In this document: one piece after another, positions 38,893-47,675 of the stretch
How the letters are laid out: each line of letters begins with the position of its first letter
Position numbering within the stretch: position 1 is the stretch's first letter
Virus record (IMG/VR): IMGVR_UViG_3300031087_000014
Direction: 5' to 3' (one strand)
DNA: 64,000 nucleotides
Origin: a virus
The notes under the pieces: model-generated
Told to the model about the DNA's origin: nothing
Database searches by the model: none
The model's input: only the letters and a program-made list of their open reading frames with translations
Made by a program: the position numbers and the translations under genes

Positions 38893-40005
38893 TTATTTAG
38901 ATTTACGGGCTTTCATTTCTTGAGCGCGTTTAGCGATCAGGTCACTTGAGCTTTTAACTACAGCAGAAGCATTCTCTACAGAAGCACCTTTCTCAGCGGC
39001 AAATTCAGCTTTGACTGTTGCTACTTCGTCTTTAGCCTTATCAAAAGACTCAACGATTGCATCAGCTACTTCGCTATTTGCTACCAGGTATTTAACCAGA
39101 ACGTCAACTTTTTCTTCTGACACGAAGCCATAAGATTTCAGTACAGTTGCATAGTCTTCTTCGATACGAGCTTGTTCAGCTTTGCGAAGTTCTTCCAGTT
39201 CAGCCTGAGCTTTAGCAATAGCTTCCTGAGCTTCGGCCTGAGCAGCTTCTTTAGCTTCGGCGCTAGCCTTTTCTACAGCTTCTGCAATTTGAGCCTTCAT
39301 CAGATCTTGGAATTCTGCTGATTTCAGAAACTCTTCTTTGTTAAGTTCCAATGGGAGTTCTCCTTTTTGGATTTCGGGTGTGTTTGCAGTTGATCCTGCG
39401 TGAGTTTCCTCTGCATTCACAGAGTTGTCTTCTGGCTTGGCTTTCGCCTTAACCAGTAATTCTTTTACGTGTGAGTGTTTGATTGTGCTCTTAACCAGAT
39501 TAGCTAATGCTTCGTCAATCATATCGTCAAAGTAGTCAATGGAAATAAGTACTGCACCATCTAATACTTGATAATCTGTAACTGGCATTACTGGATTAGC
39601 TGTATCTTCCAACTCAACTGTAAGTCCGTTAATAGTGAATCCAGCAGCGTACAAACCAAAGTCTGTAACGAAGATAACTAGGCTGTTATCAAAATCTGCG
39701 TCCACTACACTCACCCAACTCCAACCGTCCGAATATTTATCGTTGACAGCGGATTGAAGAGAGTCCATAATCTGACTTACATAAGACTTGCGCAGTTCTG
39801 TAACATCTTCACCGAGAGCCTTAAGAGTCTCTAGTTTTTCAAATGACAGTTCAGCGTTAGCCGCGTTATTCTTAAACATCAGAGGATTATTGAATCCTGA
39901 TGCTGCACCGCCTTGTTCGGCAAATGTGTAAGCAATGTGTGCTCCACAAGAAACATCAGACGCTGGTGCGGAGAAGTCAATGTCTTCTAAATATGTGTTA
40001 GCCAT
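38893..40005 (-). CDS. head scaffolding protein
   Basis: acidic Ala/Glu/Lys coiled-coil C-half; position. Confidence 0.7.
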   Translation of the reverse strand: MANTYLEDIDFSAPASDVSCGAHIAYTFAEQGGAASGFNNPLMFKNNAANAELSFEKLETLKALGEDVTELRKSYVSQIMDSLQSAVNDKYSDGWSWVSVVDADFDNSLVIFVTDFGLYAAGFTINGLTVELEDTANPVMPVTDYQVLDGAVLISIDYFDDMIDEALANLVKSTIKHSHVKELLVKAKAKPEDNSVNAEETHAGSTANTPEIQKGELPLELNKEEFLKSAEFQDLMKAQIAEAVEKASAEAKEAAQAEAQEAIAKAQAELEELRKAEQARIEEDYATVLKSYGFVSEEKVDVLVKYLVANSEVADAIVESFDKAKDEVATVKAEFAAEKGASVENASAVVKSSSDLIAKRAQEMKARKSK

Positions 40006-40009
40006 TAAG

Positions 40010-40498
40010 TTATTCCTTTTCGACTGAGCGACCCAGAGCACCAATACTAAGACCTTTCAATACGCCATTTTTTCTTGCTTCAAACAAGTCTCTGTCGTAG
40101 AATTGAATCTTAACTAGGGGCGTTCCTTCGGTTACTAGGTTATCACCAATCATACAATCCACTTCATTAACCCAAGCTTTCACTGGTTTAAATTGCTTCG
40201 TGTTCTTGATGTGTCCTAAGTTACCTTGAACGTTATTGATGTTCTCGTTAAAGTTATCTACCATCTTGCGAATCTCAAGTTCTGACATTCGTTCGCCGTG
40301 CAAATCATCATACTCTGGAGGACAATACATAACCTCAATGGCCTGCATCTTCTCTTCTGCAAATTGCTCAACTTTCAGGATTGGTAAACTTTCTTCTGTC
40401 TTATCGGCAGGGATAGTGCTCTTGTCGATTTCAACTTTAGTGGGAGATTGTTGCAATGCCTTAGACAGTGCGATAAACTCTTCTGGAGATAAGTTCAA
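40010..40498 (-). CDS. prohead protease (XkdF-like)
   Basis: D.HGE, H, GT..V, G.LKGLSIG motifs. Confidence 0.75.
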   Translation of the reverse strand: MNLSPEEFIALSKALQQSPTKVEIDKSTIPADKTEESLPILKVEQFAEEKMQAIEVMYCPPEYDDLHGERMSELEIRKMVDNFNENINNVQGNLGHIKNTKQFKPVKAWVNEVDCMIGDNLVTEGTPLVKIQFYDRDLFEARKNGVLKGLSIGALGRSVEKE

Positions 40499-40536
40499 AA
40501 TGAAGTTCCTTTGAAAACATATATCCTATAAATCTC

Positions 40537-40565
40537 ATTCTATAGGATATACGGTATTTTGTCAA
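40537..40565 (-). promoter_or_regulatory. sigma70-type promoter
   Basis: TTGACA-17 bp-TAGAAT; the -10 lies within inverted repeat ATATCCTATA/TATAGGATAT. Confidence 0.7.
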
Positions 40566-40594
40566 TAGCTTTTTTAAATATTTATGAAAATATT

Positions 40595-42154
40595 TTAGTT
40601 AGCCGTATTTGCAACTGAATTATCGCGGGTTGCGGCAGTGGTAGAAGTACCGTTGCCTTGTCCGGCGGCGATTCCGTCACCCGATCTTGAGGTAGGATCA
40701 GACATATATGTTTCCACATACTCTTTAAACTTCTCAGGATCTGCTGCTACATCATCAGGAATCCTTTCTTTCATCCCCATCATTGCGAAGAACTCATTGA
40801 TAGTGCCTGGAGTCATTGGCAGACCTTTAACACCTACAATCTTCTGGATCGCAGAAGAGACAGTTTCGATATCAGGATCACCAATATCATCACTACAGAA
40901 TCTTGGCATATCTTCCTGAGACAAATAGATTCCGTTAATTTTCAACATTGTTGGAATAACTTGAGTGTTGATTGCTTCGATGATAGTATCTACATCTCTC
41001 TCAACATAATGAGAAAGAAGGGTTTGTTTGTTGTCAGAAAGAGATAAGCTGCCTCCTTCACCACCACCCATAATAAGAACACCTGCACCGAATCTGTTAA
41101 AGATATCTAGCTGGCGTTGTTTAATCAGGGCTTGTGTATCAAACTGCTTACCACTCCCTTGTACACCTTGGAATACCAAGTCATACTGACGCATTGATGT
41201 GTTCTCATAAATGTCAGAAGGCAACACCATATAAGACTGCTCACCAGCGTGTAGGTTTGCGATGTTTGATTGCAGGACGCGAAGCGACTGAGCTTCTTCC
41301 CCGTTAGGGTTCAGAGATGCACGGTTTAGGATTGCTCCAGGAACCATCAGTACTGGCATACCGCCTAAGTCTTTACTCACACCAACAACTTCATACTCTT
41401 GAATCAGAGTCTTCTCTCTCCAGCTACGGTAAACAGAAGCTAACGGGCTTACACCCAGAGGATTGTTATCAGTGATGTTATTTCCTACGAGAACACACTT
41501 CTGAATTGGAATAGACTTTTTACCAATCAGAGATTGTGGTAATGCTTTACTAAGCATTGATCCGGTGATGTTCTGGTTGACTGAAATGATCTCACGTCCA
41601 TCGTCACTGTAAGTGAATGGAGTGGTCAGGTCAATCGTGTCTTGTGGACGAAAACCTAATTTCTGTAAACGGTATTGACCGAAGTACGGACTTTTGGTAT
41701 CTTCATCTACAGCGAATACTTTCTCAGCAATGGCAAATCCATATTGCTTATATGTAAGGAGTGATCTAACATATTGGCGTAATGGTGCTTCCATATTGCG
41801 AAGAGAGTAATCAATGAATTTAGCTGCTCTTTTAGATTTAGCTGACTTTTGGTTATAGTCAATACGGAAATCAAAGAATGCTCTATCGACAAATGTATAA
41901 ACTGCGTCCAGCGCTGTTGCTACATCTGGATCTTCGCCCATCTCTCTGTATGTGCGAATAGACTCTGGAAACTTAGTCTCGTGATTATGCAGGAATGCAG
42001 TGAAGCTACGAATTGAACTTAGGCCCAACGTACCGATTTCTTGCGAGAGAACTAGATTAGACTCTTCTTTCTGCGGTGCGGGTGCTGCTTTCTGTACCGA
42101 AGTTTTTGAGTTCCAGTAGTCGGACTTTTTGGTATATTGTCTCTTAGCCACCAC
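40595..42154 (-). CDS. portal protein
   Basis: 519 aa after terminase; YGFA..EKV, NP.G.SPL, KDLGGMPV. Confidence 0.88.
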   Translation of the reverse strand: MVAKRQYTKKSDYWNSKTSVQKAAPAPQKEESNLVLSQEIGTLGLSSIRSFTAFLHNHETKFPESIRTYREMGEDPDVATALDAVYTFVDRAFFDFRIDYNQKSAKSKRAAKFIDYSLRNMEAPLRQYVRSLLTYKQYGFAIAEKVFAVDEDTKSPYFGQYRLQKLGFRPQDTIDLTTPFTYSDDGREIISVNQNITGSMLSKALPQSLIGKKSIPIQKCVLVGNNITDNNPLGVSPLASVYRSWREKTLIQEYEVVGVSKDLGGMPVLMVPGAILNRASLNPNGEEAQSLRVLQSNIANLHAGEQSYMVLPSDIYENTSMRQYDLVFQGVQGSGKQFDTQALIKQRQLDIFNRFGAGVLIMGGGEGGSLSLSDNKQTLLSHYVERDVDTIIEAINTQVIPTMLKINGIYLSQEDMPRFCSDDIGDPDIETVSSAIQKIVGVKGLPMTPGTINEFFAMMGMKERIPDDVAADPEKFKEYVETYMSDPTSRSGDGIAAGQGNGTSTTAATRDNSVANTAN

Positions 42155-42243
42155 TACCTCTTATGTTGTTTGTTAAAAGAAGAGGAGACCGAAAGATCTC
42201 CTAATCCCAATATAACACCAAAGATATAAAAAGTCAAGAAATA

Positions 42244-44328
42244 TTACCAAGAGCGCATTCTTGACGGCATCTTAGGCATTGACGGCTTACCCAACTGAGA
42301 ACTAGCCCAACGAGTAGTAGCATTGATTGAAGGAATGCTCACAGCGTTAAACACCTGTTCACGTTGGATTGTGTTAAAGGCAGAAGCCACGGCATCCGGT
42401 AAATCATCCTTAATCGTTGCACTTGATCTTTCACCAGTAAATACTTCAAGTTCACGATAGAAGTGATCAAGAGTTTCTTGGTTGTTGAAAGAGTCTTCTA
42501 CAATGTAAACAAACCCATTCTGACAAGCACTACTGAATGGAATGAAACGTTGCAGTTTCTTTTTGTTGTTAGGCATTGCGTCTGGTTTGACATTGAATCC
42601 CTGTGCGATTAATTTCTTAGCCGATTCGGTGTATTCGATGATACCTGCACCAGATGGATCTTTAGGAAGTACAACAGTTACGTCTGTTCCGTCAATATTA
42701 CTCTGGTTTAGGATTAGCTTATCCCTATCGCCTGGTAGTCTGCGGAATCTTCCGTATACCTTGCTCTTCTCGTCGATTGCATCATAGTCATAATCCCCGA
42801 AGATATAAATGTTACCATCGCTATCTTTTCCGAGTTTAACCGAAGCCGTATAGTCAGGGTATTTATATTTTTCGGATGGAATAGATGCTGCTTTATCCCA
42901 ACCACGAACGTAAGTCATATTGTTAGGGATCTCAGAGTATTTGATTTTGTTCAACCAATCTCTCTGGAAATAACTTGAGGCTTGTTCACGAGCATACCAG
43001 CAACCATCAAGCAGACGTTCACGGTTAACCTTAGTCTGAGCTTTCAATGAAGCCAAGTAGTTTGGGTTAAGACGAATTAGCGCTGGGTTGTCAAAGATTG
43101 TACCACCAATGAAGACGAAAGTCTTAGGTGGAACATCAATAGTTTCTCCGGTGTTCTGGTTGTACTGACTACACAGATCAGGGTATAATTCCCGTAGCTC
43201 TTGCTCTGAATCAGAGAAAACAGGTTCATCGTTGTTGATGATGAAGTAAAGCTGTTTACCACACATCTCGTCTGTTGGGAAGCCTTTTTCGTCCAAGTAA
43301 GGAAGAACAAACTTCAATACCCAACTATCTGCATCAGGGTTGCACGTTGCTAGGCAGAAACTTGAGGTCTCAGATTCAGAACGCAAACGACCAATCAGAT
43401 ATAGGAACTGAGTGATACTGAAATGTGTAAGTTCGTCAAACCCTACCATCGAGTACTGTGTACCCTGGTGGTTTTGTTCTGCGGTTGATTCTAATTCCAA
43501 GTGGTCAAACTTAAGCTTACCACCTCGGGTTGATTGGAATTCAATCTCCATAGAAGATTCACGAACGTGTGGTTGCAGTGGTGCAAACAGTTTCTTAGCT
43601 TCTGTGAATAATCCCCCAGCGGATCTGTGTGCTTTAGTTGTTCTACGGAATAGAACGCCTTCAAACAACGGATCTTTAAATGCAAACTTCAAAGCTTTCA
43701 GGAGTAACAGACGACTCTTACCACTATTACCAGTGACAAAGGTATGACCTGCTCTACGAAGGATCAAGTAAGACGATGGAGTTTCGAAACAATATTTCAG
43801 ACCGTCTGTAGCCGGAGATTCAAAGATCTTCAAAGCTGTACTTGGTTTGCCTTTAATATTGAAAGGGATTCTTGTCCCGAAGAAAGTTTCTACGTATCCA
43901 CGAAGAGGATTTCCAGATTGTTGTAGTGCAATAAGATCACCAACAGCAATTTCGAAATGCTTCTTAGATTTTTTCTTCTTGTAAAATACGAAGCGATGCT
44001 CCATACTTAGTTCTTGATAAATACCAGCAGCGTTACTGATGCGGTGAAAGTTATCGTTTTTGATCTCTGTCTCGATAAAGTATGGCATCACCAGTTCCAG
44101 TTTCTTATTATCTGGGTTGTACTGATAGATCTTCTCGTTGTCATAATACTTAATCGGTTTCCATCCTTCTGCGGATAGATATTCTGTTTCTGCTGATACA
44201 CATCCAGCCGCACCGCCGTAAATCATTACGTCAGGCATACTCTCCATAGCTATAGTCTGCTTACCTTCCTGGGCATTGATCTGAATGTTATTTACGTTAA
44301 TCTTTTTCTTTGCTGCTGCTCTTCCCAT
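42244..44328 (-). CDS. terL: terminase large subunit (intein-containing)
   Basis: Walker A GGAAG/SGKS split by an insert, Walker B VGFDELT, ATCNP, nuclease WD.A and DD..DA. Confidence 0.93.
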   Translation of the reverse strand: MGRAAAKKKINVNNIQINAQEGKQTIAMESMPDVMIYGGAAGCVSAETEYLSAEGWKPIKYYDNEKIYQYNPDNKKLELVMPYFIETEIKNDNFHRISNAAGIYQELSMEHRFVFYKKKKSKKHFEIAVGDLIALQQSGNPLRGYVETFFGTRIPFNIKGKPSTALKIFESPATDGLKYCFETPSSYLILRRAGHTFVTGNSGKSRLLLLKALKFAFKDPLFEGVLFRRTTKAHRSAGGLFTEAKKLFAPLQPHVRESSMEIEFQSTRGGKLKFDHLELESTAEQNHQGTQYSMVGFDELTHFSITQFLYLIGRLRSESETSSFCLATCNPDADSWVLKFVLPYLDEKGFPTDEMCGKQLYFIINNDEPVFSDSEQELRELYPDLCSQYNQNTGETIDVPPKTFVFIGGTIFDNPALIRLNPNYLASLKAQTKVNRERLLDGCWYAREQASSYFQRDWLNKIKYSEIPNNMTYVRGWDKAASIPSEKYKYPDYTASVKLGKDSDGNIYIFGDYDYDAIDEKSKVYGRFRRLPGDRDKLILNQSNIDGTDVTVVLPKDPSGAGIIEYTESAKKLIAQGFNVKPDAMPNNKKKLQRFIPFSSACQNGFVYIVEDSFNNQETLDHFYRELEVFTGERSSATIKDDLPDAVASAFNTIQREQVFNAVSIPSINATTRWASSQLGKPSMPKMPSRMRSW
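43726..44202 (-). mobile_element. mini-intein (159 aa) in the terminase Walker A motif
   Basis: starts CVSAETEYL, block B SMEHRF, ends YCFETPS...FVTGN followed by Ser; no endonuclease motif. Confidence 0.9.
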
Positions 44329-44339
44329 AGGGAACGCTC

Positions 44340-44666
44340 CTATTTAGCCACAATACCTTTATCCTGTAAGGTATGCACGTATTCTTGTAAACCATCGACT
44401 TTAGCTCTGTCATTAGCCCACAGTTTATTGTTCTCTGATTGATTTGCCACAACCTCTGAGGTGTTGGCTCCATTTTTAATCTGACTCGCTGTGTATCTGA
44501 CAGGAATCGATTTAGCTTCCATCAATGAGGCAGAAGGGCCAGATACAGGCGCTGTTGCAACTACCTTACATTGGTCAATTACTATCGGGGAAGCTTTCAT
44601 TGATGATGCGCAGCCCGTTACCGTTAGAACGGAAGCAAGTACCAGCACCTTCAACAGATTTGGCAT
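44340..44666 (-). CDS. o-spanin (Rz1-like lipoprotein)
   Basis: lipobox LTVTGC; overlaps the i-spanin gene. Confidence 0.75.
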   Translation of the reverse strand: MPNLLKVLVLASVLTVTGCASSMKASPIVIDQCKVVATAPVSGPSASLMEAKSIPVRYTASQIKNGANTSEVVANQSENNKLWANDRAKVDGLQEYVHTLQDKGIVAK

Positions 44667-44997
44667 AATCTATTACCTCTTGTTTCTGTTTAGTGTATTT
44701 CTCGTCAAGTTTGGCCTGGAGAGAATTGTTCTTTTCGGTGAGTTGTTCTATTGTGGTATTCAGCTTAGCTCTGTCGCTATCCGCTTGTGCCTGCTTGGAG
44801 GCAAGAGTATTTCTAGCTTCGTCCTGTTGCTTCTGGTAAACTTGCGTTTGATATGCAACACCAGATTCATATCCATTATGATAGATGTGATGGTGAAGGG
44901 CTACCCCTCCAATCACAAGAGCGAATGCTAACACCACGATCAAAATAACCTTTCTCACCTGTTTACTGGCTAGCAGTAGTTTTAGTGCTTCTAGCAT
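44575..44997 (-). CDS. i-spanin (Rz-like)
   Basis: N-terminal TM, GY..G, periplasmic coiled coil, C-terminal Cys. Confidence 0.75.
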   Translation of the reverse strand: MLEALKLLLASKQVRKVILIVVLAFALVIGGVALHHHIYHNGYESGVAYQTQVYQKQQDEARNTLASKQAQADSDRAKLNTTIEQLTEKNNSLQAKLDEKYTKQKQEVIDYAKSVEGAGTCFRSNGNGLRIINESFPDSN

Positions 44998-45100
44998 TTA
45001 TAAGATCCTGTATGTGTTTTGGTGGAGAGTTATCTACCACCTTCTTAATCGGCATTGGCTTGGCTGTCATCAACAGCTTCGCTAGTTCCTCTTGGTTCAT
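44963..45100 (-). CDS. hypothetical protein
   Basis: MNQEELAK... 45 aa, overlapping its neighbours. Confidence 0.4.
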   Translation of the reverse strand: MNQEELAKLLMTAKPMPIKKVVDNSPPKHIQDLINARSTKTTASQ

Positions 45101-45206
45101 AGTCGTCCATCTCGTCATCAATGTCCCACGCACGGTTATAATCGTTCTTGCGATCACGGTGAGTGGAAGCACGGTTGAAATCATTTTTAGCTACAAAGTT
45201 TCTCAT
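45045..45206 (-). CDS. hypothetical protein (53 aa, not in ORF track)
   Basis: MRNFVAKNDFNRASTHRDRK...; AAGGAG RBS. Confidence 0.6.
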   Translation of the reverse strand: MRNFVAKNDFNRASTHRDRKNDYNRAWDIDDEMDDYEPRGTSEAVDDSQANAD

Positions 45207-45306
45207 TTATTTCTCCTTGTTGAATGTAAAAAATCCCCTGCTTTTTACGACAGGGGCTGTTATATTAACAGAAAGGTGCGCATAGCGCAAGGAGGAGAGA
45301 GGGGTA

Positions 45307-45594
45307 TTAGATAACAATGGCTTCGGATTCTGAGTCGTCCTGATCGTCTTCGGCTTCCATTGAGGCGTGATGTTCTTCCAGCCAAGCTTCGACTTGATCT
45401 TTAACAGTCTTAGCGGCGGTGAATCTTAAGTTAGGTGAAGCCTTATCATCCACAACTAAATCAGCAATATATCGCATTGCTTCTAGGTATCTGTCAGCGA
45501 AAATCTCTTTCACTGTACCTTGAGCATCATCCATAGCGTAAATCTGCTGCAATTCTTTTGGTGGACGACCAACACTTCTTTTGAGCTTCTTCAT
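45307..45594 (-). CDS. hypothetical protein, possible terminase small subunit
   Basis: basic GRP N-terminus, helical core, acidic tail; upstream of terL. Confidence 0.45.
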   Translation of the reverse strand: MKKLKRSVGRPPKELQQIYAMDDAQGTVKEIFADRYLEAMRYIADLVVDDKASPNLRFTAAKTVKDQVEAWLEEHHASMEAEDDQDDSESEAIVI

Positions 45595-45633
45595 AGGTTA
45601 CTCCTTTTACTACCTGTCTTTACCTTAGCATAT

Positions 45634-45825
45634 TTAACGATTCCTGTCAAGCCTTTCGTCAGAGATGATCATCTTCTCAAGAATGGCAACCAGATTTCTC
45701 AACTGACCCTGTTCTGGTGCGAGATAGTTTGTAATGAAAGCGGGATTGTTTATAATGGTCTCAATAGCCTGATAGCAATCACGCCTAGACTCCAATATAT
45801 CTGGGTCTATGTGGAAATTATGCAT
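45634..45825 (-). CDS. hypothetical protein
   Basis: 63-aa ORF with AGGT RBS. Confidence 0.55.
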   Translation of the reverse strand: MHNFHIDPDILESRRDCYQAIETIINNPAFITNYLAPEQGQLRNLVAILEKMIISDERLDRNR

Positions 45826-46129
45826 TTTTATACCTGTTGATTAGAAAGTGTTCTATCTTGAATATAGCACGTATCTCTGATCCTTACAAGTTAAATCTTT
45901 TTGACAGTACCATCGTAAGTAGAGAACCCGCCGAAGCGGGAGCCGTTAGAACGAGATATACCCGTCTTCTCCTACTTTATTAACTTCCATATATAACCAA
46001 CGAGCGGTATCAACACCTACATCCATCTGGAGAGTAACCGAATAGAAAAGGTTGTTTCTCGAATCAATTCTGGTAGGGTGTCAGACATACAGAGGTTCCT
46101 TTAAGTAGGAGGTTAGTCTAAAATAGACA

Positions 46130-46160
46130 ATAAAAAACCCCTACCCAAAAGGGCAGGGGC
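46130..46160 (-). terminator. terminator ending the tRNA operon
   Basis: GCCCCTGCCC-TTTT-GGGTAGGGGT plus T run. Confidence 0.85.
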
Positions 46161-46164
46161 TTAA

Positions 46165-46308
46165 ACTTTGCCTGCGTTGAAGAGTCGCAGCCCTCTAGCT
46201 TGCCTTTCGGCTACTCTTTGAAGGAACTAGGCATTAGTCTTCGAAGATGGACACATAAAGTGTCCGTAGAAATCATACTAGGTATGTCTCTACACCGCTG
46301 GCGCGGAT
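46165..46308 (-). ncRNA. candidate structured ncRNA at the operon 3' end
   Basis: consecutive hairpins including GCC-GAAA-GGC, plus an AAGAGT/ACTCTT possible pseudoknot. Confidence 0.4.
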
Positions 46309-46309
46309 A

Positions 46310-46383
46310 TGGTTGCTCCAGCAGGTAACGATCCTGCTTCTGTCGCTTATCAGGCGACTGTAATACCTTTATACTATAGAGCA
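46310..46383 (-). tRNA. tRNA-Ile(GAT)
   Basis: GTCGC-CTGATAA-GCGAC; encoded CCA; T-loop ATCGTTA. Confidence 0.85.
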
Positions 46384-46389
46384 ATTGAT

Positions 46390-46470
46390 TGGCACGTAGG
46401 TGATGATTCGAACACCTAAACTAACGGGTTTGGAAGCCGTCTCCTGACCACCAGGATTAGTGACCCACGT
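46390..46470 (-). tRNA. tRNA-Trp(CCA), atypical
   Basis: loop TTCCAAA, G73, CCA end; aberrant D region and mismatches in anticodon and T stems. Confidence 0.55.
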
Positions 46471-46477
46471 ATTTATT

Positions 46478-46556
46478 TGGTGGAGAATAAGAGACTTGAA
46501 CTCTTCTGGTATCCTCGGTGCAAGCGAGGTGTCCACTCCTGGCAGACCCATTCCCC
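46478..46556 (-). tRNA. tRNA-Ala(TGC)
   Basis: G3:U70; CCTCG-CTTGCAC-CGAGG. Confidence 0.9.
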
Positions 46557-46561
46557 TAATT

Positions 46562-46706
46562 TGGCATCGTAGAAAGGAATCGAACCCCTCAGAGTAGGCG
46601 ATCAACTCTACCTGTGACCCTCATCACTTGGGAGATTAGCTACATCACCACCTCCGTCGAGGAAGTATCTCGTAACCATCTTTCCTTTGCTTTGTATCAC
46701 TACGAC
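46562..46706 (-). ncRNA. 145-nt tRNA-like RNA A
   Basis: acceptor GTCGTAG/CTACGAT-G-CCA and T-arm with TTCGATT enclosing a multi-hairpin insert. Confidence 0.65.
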
Positions 46707-46730
46707 ATTTTATTTGGTGATCATTTCATT

Positions 46731-46816
46731 TGGTACATCAGGTGAGACTCGAACTCACACGTCACAAGGACACTGGAACCTAAATCCAGGGCGTCTACCA
46801 ATTTCGCCACTGATGC
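46731..46816 (-). tRNA. tRNA-Leu(TAG)
   Basis: class II; CTGGA-TTTAGGT-TCCAG. Confidence 0.92.
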
Positions 46817-46823
46817 ATTTGTT

Positions 46824-46890
46824 TAGTGGAATCGTGCAGATTCGAACTGCATCCGGCTCCCTACGGGAACCAGTCACCCAAATCAATTCC
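46824..46890 (-). ncRNA. 67-nt minimal tRNA-like RNA (tmRNA-TLD-like fold)
   Basis: GGAATTG/CGATTCC acceptor, stemless D loop, one 9-bp hairpin, perfect T-arm, ends ACTA. Confidence 0.6.
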
Positions 46891-46897
46891 GAGTGTT

Positions 46898-46979
46898 TGG
46901 AAGCGAGAGCGGAAGTCGAATCCGCAATTTTCAGGGTATGAGCCTAACGTGATCTATATATCCGTTTCACTATCTCGCT
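46898..46979 (-). tRNA. tRNA-Met(CAT) (initiator/elongator/Ile2 status unresolved)
   Basis: TTAGG-CTCATAC-CCTGA; enlarged D loop; U73. Confidence 0.8.
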
Positions 46980-47063
46980 ATTGTTAAATCAGCTTTAAAC
47001 TAAAAGCATTATCCACGGCCCTATCAGACTCCTATCTTCAATTAGGGAATCGTAGCCTTGATA

Positions 47064-47136
47064 TGGTGCAGATGCAAGGATTCGAACCTCGAACAAACAC
47101 CTTCGTAGAGTGTTGCCTGTCCATCAGGACACCTGC
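47064..47136 (-). tRNA. tRNA-Arg(ACG)
   Basis: ACACT-CTACGAA-GGTGT; CCA end. Confidence 0.8.
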
Positions 47137-47141
47137 AAAAA

Positions 47142-47216
47142 TGGTGCGACCTGCTGGTAACGATCCAGCCTTTCTGCCTTTTCAGGGCAGCACACATCCG
47201 TCTATGTCAAAGTCGC
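47142..47216 (-). tRNA. tRNA-Phe(GAA)
   Basis: CTGCC-CTGAAAA-GGCAG; T-loop ATCGTTA. Confidence 0.85.
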
Positions 47217-47250
47217 TTTGAAACCGATATCATCTTCGATTTCTATTGTT

Positions 47251-47328
47251 TGGTCAGTGCAGGGTGAATCGAACACCCGACCTCCTGCTCCCAAAGCAGG
47301 CGCTGCTACCAGGCTGAGCTATGCACTG
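47251..47328 (-). tRNA. tRNA-Pro(TGG)
   Basis: C1:G72; CCTGC-TTTGGGA-GCAGG. Confidence 0.92.
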
Positions 47329-47334
47329 AATATT

Positions 47335-47411
47335 TGGGGTGGCTAATGGGACTCGAACCCACATAGAACTGCATCACAGGCAGCGTCATTAAGCCATTAT
47401 GATATAGCCAC
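47335..47411 (-). tRNA. tRNA-His(GTG)
   Basis: GTGGCTA/TAGCCAC-C-CCA; loop CTGTGAT; no encoded G-1. Confidence 0.9.
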
Positions 47412-47443
47412 ATCTTAGTGCTCTCATTGAAAACACTAAAATT

Positions 47444-47518
47444 TGGCAGAGGTGAGAGGAGTTGAACCTGCTGCTACGGGAGTCAAAGGCCCGTGTGCTA
47501 CCATTACACCACACCCCT
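47444..47518 (-). tRNA. tRNA-Gln(TTG)
   Basis: loop CTTTGAC, G73, CCA. Confidence 0.85.
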
Positions 47519-47524
47519 AGTATT

Positions 47525-47669
47525 TGGCGAACAGGAAGGAGTCGAACCTTCGTACACATCCTTTGGCGAGGCTATGTATTCTTGAATGCCCATACTAATT
47601 ATGTTTTGTTAGTCAAACAAGCGCCAACTTGCGAACCCTAACGCTACACTTTCATATTGCATCTATCCG
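47525..47669 (-). ncRNA. about 145-nt tRNA-like RNA B
   Basis: T-arm GAAGG-TTCGACT-CCTTC and CCA end; 5' CGGATAG can pair with CTGTTCG; no anticodon arm. Confidence 0.55.
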
Positions 47670-47675
47670 ATAATT

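Noticed and set aside
45946-46088. Possible small or recoded ORF downstream of the tRNA terminator
   Set aside because: The RBS-linked ATG gives only 23 codons and the alternative frame lacks a good start; there is no support for read-through or frameshifting.
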